Source: a bacterium (GTDB lineage: Bacteria > Desulfobacterota > DSWW01). From it: a DNA stretch of 18,081 nt. Location of the stretch: NCBI GenBank assembly GCA_040756235.1, contig JBFLZG010000011.1, positions 1-18,081 on the forward strand. The letters run 5' to 3'. The notes under the pieces are model-generated. The model was not told where the DNA came from. It worked only from the letters and a program-made list of their open reading frames with translations, and made no database searches. Each line of letters opens with the position of its first letter. The stretch's first letter is position 1. This document shows positions 1-7,139 of this stretch, piece after piece. The position numbers and the translations under genes were made by a program.

Positions 1-74
1 CTCCAGCACCCGGATAACGCATCCTTTGCGGACCGGTCTGTCGGCAGGGAAGCGGCGACCCGGGAAGCAGTATC

Positions 75-113
75 GGACATTGCGAGGACCGAAGGTCCGT
101 GGCAACCTCCCGG
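75..113. repeat. REP-like family A half-unit (ATTGCGAGGACCGAAGGTCCGTGGCAACC)
   Basis: 79-107 is the exact reverse complement of 10580-10608 and 16419-16447. Confidence 0.9.
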
Positions 114-143
114 CACATTGAGGTATGCGTTGTTCGAAACCTG

Positions 144-1769
144 TCACGGGGTCGGCCTGCGGATCCTGAGCTTCTTCATGCGGGAGCGCAGGGTGGACGG
201 GTTGAGCCCGAGGATCCGCGCCGCCCCCCGCGGCCCGTGCACGATCCAATCGGTCTGCTCCAGCACCCGGATCATGTAGGCCCGCTCGACCGCTTCGAGG
301 CTCCCTTTCGGCTCGAGCGGAAACTCAGCGCCTGCAAGATACCCGAGTTTCTCCACCAGCTGGAGCTGGGGACCCTGGGTGTTGACGACCGCCCGCTGCA
401 TGAGGTTCTCCAACTCTCGCACGTTTCCAGGCCAGGGATAGGCCTGCAGTCTTCGCATGTCGCTTTCCTGGATCAGCCGGATCTTCTTCCCGAGCTTCTT
501 GCCGTACTTGTCGACGAACCAGCGGACCAGGAGAGGGATGTCTTGCCTCCGTTCACGAAGCGCGGGGACCCGGATGGGGAACACGTTCAGGCGATACCAC
601 AGGTCTTTGCGGAAGCGGCCCTCCCGAACCTCCAAGTCGAGATCCTTGTTGGTGGCTGCAATGATGCGGACGTCCGCCTGGAGGGTGGTCGAGCTGCCCA
701 ACCGCTCGAACGATCCTTCCTGCAGCAGTCTCAACAGCTTGGTCTGGACTTCCAGGGAAAGCTCGCCGATCTCATCGAGAAAGATCGTGGTCCCCTTGGC
801 CAGCTCGAAACGGCCCGTGCGCCGCGCATGAGCACCGGTGAAGGCGCCTCTCTCGTGGCCGAACAACTCGCTCTCAATGAGGCTCGCCGGCAGAGCGGCA
901 CAGTCGACTTTGACCAGAGGCCGTTTCCTGCGGCGACTCGCCTCATGGATGGCTCGTGCGACGAGCTCCTTCCCGGTTCCCGTTTCCCCGAGCACCAGGA
1001 CGGTGACATCCGTCGGCGCGACCGTTCGGATCTGGGCGAGGGTGTCCAGCAACGGCTCGCTTTGCCCGATCATGTTGTGAAAGTCGTGCTGCACTTCGAT
1101 CTCTTGCCGCAGATACTTGCAGTCGGCCTCGATCTGTTCCTTCAGCCCCTTGATCTCGGCGAATGCTTTCTGCAGACGTTCCTGGTCGCGCTTGCGCAAT
1201 ATCGCATTCGCGAAGACCTCTCCCACCAGGTTCAGGTCCTTTACCAGCTCATCCGGCCAGGAGCGGTAGGAGCTGAACGTGGTGAACGAGAGCGCGCCCA
1301 CGATCGATCCGCTGACCTTCAACGGAATGGCCAGCAGCGATTTGATTCCTTCTCTGGCAACGAACTCCCGATCCTTGGTCGGCTTCTTGATCTCCTCCTC
1401 GGCGCGCGAGAACCTCACGACGTTACCCTGGCGGATCCTCTGAAAGGCCCAGGGAAATTGAGAGCTGCCCTGCAAGCCGACGTAAGTGGGGATCCCTCCG
1501 CGGGCATACGCATGCGTGACATAGGCCTCCGGTCCGTCCTCTGTCAGCTCCAGCAGGTGGGCACGATCGATGTCCAGGAACCGGGCAATCAGCTCGAGCC
1601 CGTTCTCTATTTCCCCGTCGATCTCGTCCAGGGCCAAGGAGGCGAACTTGGCCGACAGCTCGAAAAGCAGCGCTTTGAATCGATGCAGCTCCTCGAGCGA
1701 AGCCTTCAGATGATCGAGGTGCTCGAGGCCCTGGTGATTCATTTCCGCATGCCGCGATTTTTCTTCCAT
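144..1769 (-). CDS. Sigma-54-dependent transcriptional activator (GAF + AAA+ + Fis-type HTH; FhlA/NifA-like architecture)
   Basis: Walker A GETGTGKE, intact GAFTGA loop (ERGAFTGAH), Walker B TIFLDEIGE, YPWPGNVRELEN and a C-terminal HTH (GAARILGLNPSTLRSRMKKL). The N-terminal part is GAF-like (GIKSLLAIPLKVSGSIVGALSF) and there is no receiver domain. Confidence 0.95.
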   Translation of the reverse strand: MEEKSRHAEMNHQGLEHLDHLKASLEELHRFKALLFELSAKFASLALDEIDGEIENGLELIARFLDIDRAHLLELTEDGPEAYVTHAYARGGIPTYVGLQGSSQFPWAFQRIRQGNVVRFSRAEEEIKKPTKDREFVAREGIKSLLAIPLKVSGSIVGALSFTTFSSYRSWPDELVKDLNLVGEVFANAILRKRDQERLQKAFAEIKGLKEQIEADCKYLRQEIEVQHDFHNMIGQSEPLLDTLAQIRTVAPTDVTVLVLGETGTGKELVARAIHEASRRRKRPLVKVDCAALPASLIESELFGHERGAFTGAHARRTGRFELAKGTTIFLDEIGELSLEVQTKLLRLLQEGSFERLGSSTTLQADVRIIAATNKDLDLEVREGRFRKDLWYRLNVFPIRVPALRERRQDIPLLVRWFVDKYGKKLGKKIRLIQESDMRRLQAYPWPGNVRELENLMQRAVVNTQGPQLQLVEKLGYLAGAEFPLEPKGSLEAVERAYMIRVLEQTDWIVHGPRGAARILGLNPSTLRSRMKKLRIRRPTP

Positions 1770-1817
1770 TTCGGATCACCCGTGTGCGCCGCCCAGGGAG
1801 CCTGTCGGGCAGCTCCG

Positions 1818-2279
1818 CTACTGCCCGAGCAGGCGGCCCAGCTCCTCGAGCAGCGGGCGCTGCCCGCCGATGATCTTCTCCACGGCGCGCTCGAGCGCAA
1901 ACCACTCCGCCCGGTCGACTTCCGGGAACTCCTTGATCTTCCCGGACCCCGGGGGCCACTCCATGGAGAAGAGATTGCTGCGGATGGCCTCCGGATCGCA
2001 ATCCCCTTCGACCGCCCAGGCGTACACGATCTTTCCTCCGGCCTGCCTGACCGGTTCCAGGGGCTTGAACGCCCCCGCCGCGCAGAGGCCCGTTTCTTCC
2101 TGAAATTCCCGTCTGGCCGCATCGAGGGGGTCCTCTTCCGAAGTGAATTCCCCTTTGGGGACGGACCAGGCCCCCGCGTCCCTCTTTCTCCCGAACGGGC
2201 CGCCCGGGTGGACGAGCAGGACCTCGATCCGGCCTTCGCGGCGGCGGTACAGGAGCAGACCCGCACTCTGCCTGGCCAT
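1818..2279 (-). CDS. NUDIX hydrolase
   Basis: Nudix box GEFTSEEDPLDAARREFQEETG and subfamily motifs SAGLLLYR, LLVHPGGPF, FPEVDRAEWF. Start trimmed from the ORF-track 2489 to the in-frame ATG at 2279 (MARQSAG...), 153 aa. Confidence 0.92.
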   Translation of the reverse strand: MARQSAGLLLYRRREGRIEVLLVHPGGPFGRKRDAGAWSVPKGEFTSEEDPLDAARREFQEETGLCAAGAFKPLEPVRQAGGKIVYAWAVEGDCDPEAIRSNLFSMEWPPGSGKIKEFPEVDRAEWFALERAVEKIIGGQRPLLEELGRLLGQ

Positions 2280-2421
2280 GAGCTCGATACCCCCTTGCCC
2301 CCCGATCATACCCGCCGGACAGGCCGGAGGGAAGCGCCCGGTCAGCTTGCCAAGTTGACCCCTGCCGCGGCTGAAAGGTAAAAGGGAATAAGGACAAAGA
2401 TGTAAGAGAAAGGAAGAAAGC

Positions 2422-3042
2422 ATGACACGCACCGTCGTTCTCGCCGCCCTGCTCGCCCTGTTCCTGGGCAGCGCAGGCTGCAAGGACAAGCCTCAGCCGG
2501 ATCCTCAAGATATCCTGAAGCAGGCCGCCAAGCCCGAGTGGAACCTGACCAGGCTCATCGAGACGGTCGACGATATCCAGTGGAAAGGAGACTGGGTCGC
2601 CAGCATGGTGCCCTCGCCCATGGGACAAGGGCCCTCCATCCTCTGTTCCCTCATTTACAACTGGCGAGACAAGCAACTGGTCTTCGAGATCGTGGCCTAC
2701 CAGAAGAACGACAGCCTCAGAGAGCTGTCGGCGGACTCGGCCTGCCAAGGCATTTTCGAGAACGTGAAGGGCGCCTTCGAGGCAGATCCGGCCCACCAGC
2801 TTCTGGCAAAGGTGATGCAGGCCCTGCAAGACGAACCGTTCCGGGAGGAGCCCGGAAGACTTCCGGATGAGGGCTGGAGCGAGAAGAAGGCCGTGTCGGT
2901 CGTGAAGGTCAGCATCCAGAGCGGCGCCGAGGACAAGGCGCCATTCGAGGAGATCTCCTCCTGCGAGCGGTTTCTGGAGCCCGGCTCGGCAGATGAGCCC
3001 GGGAGAACGGTCGCCGCCCCTCCTTCCAACCGGATCAACTGA
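2422..3042 (+). CDS. Hypothetical lipoprotein
   Basis: Signal peptide with lipobox-like Cys (MTRTVVLAALLALFLGSAG-C), purine-rich RBS (AAGGA) upstream and gene-like G/C-ending codons. No recognisable domain. Confidence 0.75.
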   Translation: MTRTVVLAALLALFLGSAGCKDKPQPDPQDILKQAAKPEWNLTRLIETVDDIQWKGDWVASMVPSPMGQGPSILCSLIYNWRDKQLVFEIVAYQKNDSLRELSADSACQGIFENVKGAFEADPAHQLLAKVMQALQDEPFREEPGRLPDEGWSEKKAVSVVKVSIQSGAEDKAPFEEISSCERFLEPGSADEPGRTVAAPPSNRIN

Positions 3043-3099
3043 GACGGTGCTTACGATCACCTTTGACTCAACTGACTCGAGCAAGAGAGGGGGGCGGTT

Positions 3100-3846
3100 A
3101 TGGATGCTAACGGAAAAGTGGCGGTCGTGACCGGCGCAGGCCGGGGCGTGGGACGGGGCATCGCCCTGAGGCTCGCGGGAGCGGGTGCGGACGTCGCGAT
3201 CCTGTTCCGCAAGAAACCGGAGCCTGCGGAGGAAGTGCGGGCAACGATCGCGCGCATGGGGCGCCGTGTGGAGGCCTATGCATGCGATGTGTCGGATGAG
3301 GCGAGAGTCAGGACGACCTTCGACGAGATCCGGAAGAGATTCGGCCGGATCGACATCCTCGTCAACAACGCGGGCCTGGCCAGCTGGGGCAACTACATCC
3401 ACGATACGACCCCGGAAGAGTGGGACCGGATCATGAAGGCCAACGTTTACGGCCCCTACTACTGCGTCCGGGAAGTGCTGCCGATCATGCGGGAGCAGAA
3501 GTCGGGCCACATCGTGAACATCTCCTCCTCGATCACCCGGATGTACCCCGTCACCGGCGGTCCTTACGCGGTGGCCAAGGCCGGCCTCGAGGCCTTGACC
3601 CAGGTCCTGGCAAAGGAAGAGGTGGCGAACAACATCCACGTCAACGCGATCGCTCCCGGCATCGTGGAGACGGACATGGGCCGCAAGCTGGTGCGCGTCG
3701 ACGACATGAAGACGATGTACGAGTCCTCTCCCTTCGGCCGCGTGTGCCAGCCGGAGGACATCGCAAACATGGTGCTCTATCTGGTCTCCCCGGAGGGGAG
3801 CTACATCCACGGGCAGGTCATCTACGTCAACGGCGGCTCTGTGTGA
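3100..3846 (+). CDS. Classical SDR family NAD(P)-dependent oxidoreductase (FabG-like)
   Basis: TGAGRGVG cofactor motif, NNAG, catalytic YAVAK (YxxxK), NAIAPG and terminal VNGG. RBS GAGGGG upstream. Confidence 0.95.
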   Translation: MDANGKVAVVTGAGRGVGRGIALRLAGAGADVAILFRKKPEPAEEVRATIARMGRRVEAYACDVSDEARVRTTFDEIRKRFGRIDILVNNAGLASWGNYIHDTTPEEWDRIMKANVYGPYYCVREVLPIMREQKSGHIVNISSSITRMYPVTGGPYAVAKAGLEALTQVLAKEEVANNIHVNAIAPGIVETDMGRKLVRVDDMKTMYESSPFGRVCQPEDIANMVLYLVSPEGSYIHGQVIYVNGGSV

Positions 3847-3850
3847 GTGT

Positions 3851-3878
3851 GTAGGGGCGTATGGCCATACGCCCCTAC
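3851..3878. repeat. GTAG-type REP, perfect 28-bp palindrome
   Basis: GTAGGGGCGTATGG/CCATACGCCCCTAC, 4 nt after the SDR stop codon. Confidence 0.85.
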
Positions 3879-3886
3879 GAGCCTGT

Positions 3887-3986
3887 TTGCGAGCGCGGCG
3901 ATCTCCATGAAACCGGAGATTGCGAGACCCGGAGGGCCGTGGCAACCTCCCGGTTACAGGTGGGTCGCCACGCTTGCGCTCGCGAT
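3887..3986. repeat. Family A repeat cluster (degenerate)
   Basis: TTGCGAGCGCGGCGATCTCC, then ATTGCGAGACCCGGAGGGCCGTGGCAACCTCCCGG (3919-3953), then an inverted partner GGTCGCCACGCTTGCGCTCGCGAT. Confidence 0.75.
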
Positions 3987-4077
3987 ATGCGCCTTTTGGG
4001 ACGATCGGTTGCCACGCCTCCTTCTGACGAAGTAGGCCCGTCGCCAACAAGGCTCAACTGGGGGTAAGGAGAGATCC

Positions 4078-4689
4078 ATGATGATTCGACGCATCGATCA
4101 CGTGGCCATCGCCGTCCGCAACCTCGAGCGCGCCAAGGCATTCTTCATCGGCGCTCTCGGCGGCCGCGAGCTCTTCTCCTGCCCCCATCCGTTCCAGCAT
4201 TACAGCTGGACCCTCATCGAGCTCGGCTCCTCCTGCTGCATCGAGCTCATCGCCTCGCTCGACGACCAGAGCTTCGTCCGGCGCTTCCTGGACAAGCGGG
4301 GAGAGGGCCCCCATCACGTCACCATCCAGGTGCCGGACATCCAGGCGGCGCACCGGCGTCTGGAGGAGTGCGGGGTCCCGACCTTCGACTATTCGGAGTC
4401 GCTCCCCGGCTGGAAGGAATTCTTCGTCCATCCCAAGAACGCTTTCGGGACGCTGCTGCAGTTTGCCGAGTTCAACCCCCTCGACTGGGTGAATCCCGGG
4501 TACGTGCCCGCCTGCTATCGCGAGTTCGCGCCGGCCGGGGAGGCCCGGGACCGGCCCGAGGCCGTCGAGGTCCGGCACGTGGTTAGCCGGGAGGGGCCCG
4601 CGATCGAGATCCGGCACGGCACCGAGAAGCTCACCATCCCGCAGGGCCGGCTCGGGGAGCTGGTCGCAACGCTCCAGCGCCTCTTGTAG
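4078..4689 (+). CDS. VOC/glyoxalase family protein (methylmalonyl-CoA epimerase-like) with C-terminal extension
   Basis: IDHVAIAV, IELI, FLDKRGEGPHHVT and FVHPKNAFGTLLQ are MMCE-like motifs. RBS AAGGAG upstream. Confidence 0.88.
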   Translation: MMIRRIDHVAIAVRNLERAKAFFIGALGGRELFSCPHPFQHYSWTLIELGSSCCIELIASLDDQSFVRRFLDKRGEGPHHVTIQVPDIQAAHRRLEECGVPTFDYSESLPGWKEFFVHPKNAFGTLLQFAEFNPLDWVNPGYVPACYREFAPAGEARDRPEAVEVRHVVSREGPAIEIRHGTEKLTIPQGRLGELVATLQRLL

Positions 4690-4709
4690 GGGCGACGCAT
4701 GCGTCGCCC
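4686..4709. repeat. GTAG-type REP
   Basis: GTAGGGGCGACGCATGCGTCGCCC. Near-identical copy at 6764-6787 and a degenerate inverted copy at 16506-16530. Confidence 0.88.
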
Positions 4710-4733
4710 GAGGGTGTGACGCCTCCTTCACGT

Positions 4734-4875
4734 CCCGAAGGTCGCGAGCGAGCAGGGAGGACGCTCGGCAGGGCGGACAAAGCCGCAGGCGTGTCCGCCA
4801 ACCCCGGCTCGAACGGCGCGAGCGTGGCGATCTCCAGATTCCCGGGAGATTGCCGCGGACCTTCGGTCCTCGCAA
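4734..4875. repeat. Composite family A element with nested REP (4768-4800)
   Basis: CCCGAAGGTCGCGAGCGAGC ... GCGAGCGTGGCGATCTCC ... GGAGATTGCCGCGGACCTTCGGTCCTCGCAA is collinear with 10495-10612. The inner GCAGGGCGGACAAAGCCGCAGGCGTGTCCGCCA resembles 16616-16646. Confidence 0.82.
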
Positions 4876-4902
4876 GATTCGATATTTGGGAGCCGGGCGC
4901 GC

Positions 4903-6621
4903 TTAGTCAGGGTCGCACCCGCTGATCGGCTCGGGCAGAGTGGGGCCGGTGATGCGCACCGCACCGAACGTCGAACCTTCGAGCGGGATGATGTCCGAAG
5001 GGGTCGGCAGGATCTCCACATAGCCGGATGCGTACCCGCAGAAGCCGTCCGCCGACGCGGTCTTGCCCGTGAGCACGAATTCCTTGAGGGTCAGGGGAAT
5101 CGTCTCGTCGATCACGGGGTAGGCCGCAGCCGGCACCTCCAGGGTCCCGAAATCCAGGGTGAAGCCGCCGTCTGCCGCAACCGGCACACCCTCCAGGGTC
5201 GATGCCGTGCCGACCGGTTCCCGGGACGCATTGTCGAGCGGCTGGAGCGTGAAATCCAGGGACGAGCCTGCCAGCGACAGGGTGGCCGTGAAGTAGACGG
5301 GCTCCGAGGGCCAGATGACCGGCGCCAGGGACAGCAGATGGCTGCCGCTCACGTCGAAAACCTCATTGCCCGGCGGCAGCGGCGGCGGCTCGCAGGGCCG
5401 CTTGGGCGGCGGAGGCGTGCAGTCGCTTGGCGCATAGCGGAAATCCACGTCGGCGAGCCAGATGTCGCTCGGAGAGAACTGCCCTTCGAGCCAGGCGAGC
5501 TCCTGGTCGACCGGGCTGCTGTACCAGGCGAGCAGCCAGCGCGTGCCGGAGAGCGGGACGAGCGACGTGTACGCCGTATCTCCCGAGCTTTCGAGCTCCA
5601 TGATTTCGCAGACCTGGATCTCCGCGCCGGGGTCGGTGAGGTCGCCCCTGAGCTCGTACACGGCCGTCCTCTTGAAGGTGCAGGGCAGGTGCTTGCGGGC
5701 GAAGACGAAGTTGCGGATCCGGCCGCCGTCCTCCACGACCACCCACGAAGGTCCGTCGATCCGCTGTTCGATGCGGCGGCCGCACTCCCATTCGAAGAAC
5801 GGCTCTCTCGAGGTGCAGATGGCGGTCTGCCCGTCGTGGAGGACGCCCTCGTTATCCAGGCGGACCAGGGAGACCGCCACTTCTTTGTTCTCGCCGAAGA
5901 ACCGGAGCTCCGCCTCGCTCGGCACGTCGTTGTACCCGTGAAGGATCGTCGCGTGCTTCCGCCAGTTCACGCCGTCCTCGGATGAGAACAGGCCCGCGTC
6001 CACGTCGCCGTCGTCATAAGCCGTGGCAAACAGAGTGTGCATGGGCAGCAGACCCAGCGCCGTGAAGGACCGCTGGGTGAACCGCCAGAAACCCCAGTAG
6101 ATCTCGATGCCGAAGAGCCAGTGGTCCTCGAAGGTCTTCACCGGCGTCGTCCAGGTCCGGCCGCCGTCGGCCGACTCGGCCCGGACGGTCCAGGCCTCGC
6201 CGAAGAGGTCCCGGTACTTGAACCCCGGGACCCGGCTGATGCAGTACAGATAGAGCTTGTCCCCCATGCTCACGAACTTGGGGTCCCGGATGTCGCGGTC
6301 GTCGCTCGGGTCCGCCGGGTCGTCGGGCATGGCGACCTCGCTGATCGGGGCGAAGTTGCGGCCCTCGTCCTCGGATTCGTAGATCTTGATCCTGGCACGG
6401 GCCGACCCCGTCTGCCCCTCCTCCCCGCCGCGAAAGGCCAGCAGGATCCGCTCGCCCAGCCGGATCATCTCCGTGTTCTCGTTGTGGAGTCCGTCCGCGT
6501 AGACGATCCGCTGATTGCTCACGAAGGAGCCGCTCTCCGGGGCCGCTTTCTCGTTCGAATCGTCTCCGCCGCAGCCGACCAACAGGGAAACCAAACCGAG
6601 CGTGCAGATCTCGCGCCGCAT
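4903..6621 (-). CDS. Lipoprotein with Asp-box/BNR (sialidase-like beta-propeller) domain, Pro-rich linker and C-terminal unknown domain
   Basis: In-frame ATG at 6621 follows a GGGAGGG RBS and gives MRREICTLGLVSLLVG-C (lipobox LVGC). Three Asp boxes: SEDEGRNF, SADGGRTW, SEDGVNW. Linker CTPPPPKRPCEPPPLPP. 572 aa. Confidence 0.82.
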   Translation of the reverse strand: MRREICTLGLVSLLVGCGGDDSNEKAAPESGSFVSNQRIVYADGLHNENTEMIRLGERILLAFRGGEEGQTGSARARIKIYESEDEGRNFAPISEVAMPDDPADPSDDRDIRDPKFVSMGDKLYLYCISRVPGFKYRDLFGEAWTVRAESADGGRTWTTPVKTFEDHWLFGIEIYWGFWRFTQRSFTALGLLPMHTLFATAYDDGDVDAGLFSSEDGVNWRKHATILHGYNDVPSEAELRFFGENKEVAVSLVRLDNEGVLHDGQTAICTSREPFFEWECGRRIEQRIDGPSWVVVEDGGRIRNFVFARKHLPCTFKRTAVYELRGDLTDPGAEIQVCEIMELESSGDTAYTSLVPLSGTRWLLAWYSSPVDQELAWLEGQFSPSDIWLADVDFRYAPSDCTPPPPKRPCEPPPLPPGNEVFDVSGSHLLSLAPVIWPSEPVYFTATLSLAGSSLDFTLQPLDNASREPVGTASTLEGVPVAADGGFTLDFGTLEVPAAAYPVIDETIPLTLKEFVLTGKTASADGFCGYASGYVEILPTPSDIIPLEGSTFGAVRITGPTLPEPISGCDPD

Positions 6622-6763
6622 GAGCCGTCCCTCCCTGCAACCGGAAGAGCCCTTCTGCTGCCGAGGCTCCGAAGGGGGCCTGGTCGTGTGGCCGGCAGCC
6701 GTGTGCCCGTCGTTTCCCAAGCAGAGCCCAGATGGAGTCCTCGTGTCAAGTTGGCGCGGCATT

Positions 6764-6787
6764 ATAGGGGCGACGCATGCGTCGCCC
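6764..6787. repeat. GTAG-type REP (ATAG variant)
   Basis: ATAGGGGCGACGCATGCGTCGCCC, 23/24 identical to 4686-4709. Confidence 0.88.
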
Positions 6788-6840
6788 GTCCCGGGATCCC
6801 GCGGCGCAGAAGGATTCCCGCTTGCGCGGCTGCGTCATAT

Positions 6841-7057
6841 TTCGTCATCCCGGCCGATGTGCGGAGCGCGTGCGAGCCGGGATCCAGAAGCGTGGTAGGG
6901 AATGGATCCCGAGCTGCGCGGGAGGGACCGGATTCCGGATGTCGCCCGCTTCGCAGGCTCCTCCGGAATGACCCGGAATGGCTCTGACCGCGTGATGACA
7001 CAGCCTCTCGCGGGAATGACGCCCCGCTACTGGATTCCGGCCCGCGCCGGAATGATG
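6841..7057. repeat. CGTCAT(T/C)CC...GG(A/G)ATGAC palindromic element with internal partial units
   Basis: 6841-6887 matches the reverse complement of 16771-16817 with 3 mismatches in 47 nt. 7029-7057 matches the reverse complement of about 16702-16730. Additional GGAATGAC ends lie inside. Confidence 0.85.
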
Positions 7058-7139
7058 GGAAAGAGACCCGCTCGAGGAATCTGAACCGCCCGGTCGAGCA
7101 TCGAAGGCGGTGTCGGCCCACCCGTGCCGGGGGACTCCT

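Noticed and set aside
99..2381. 760-aa plus-strand ORF
   Set aside because: Antisense shadow of the sigma-54 activator and NUDIX genes. It starts inside a repeat and has no motifs; long antisense ORFs are common in GC-rich DNA.
1423..4050. 875-aa minus-strand ORF
   Set aside because: Spans four better-supported genes as an antisense or alternative frame, with no recognisable domain.
6622..6760. Possible riboswitch in the leader of the Asp-box lipoprotein
   Set aside because: Small hairpins exist (e.g. GGCCCCCTTCGGAGCC on the minus strand), but I recognise no riboswitch consensus. An Rfam scan would be needed.
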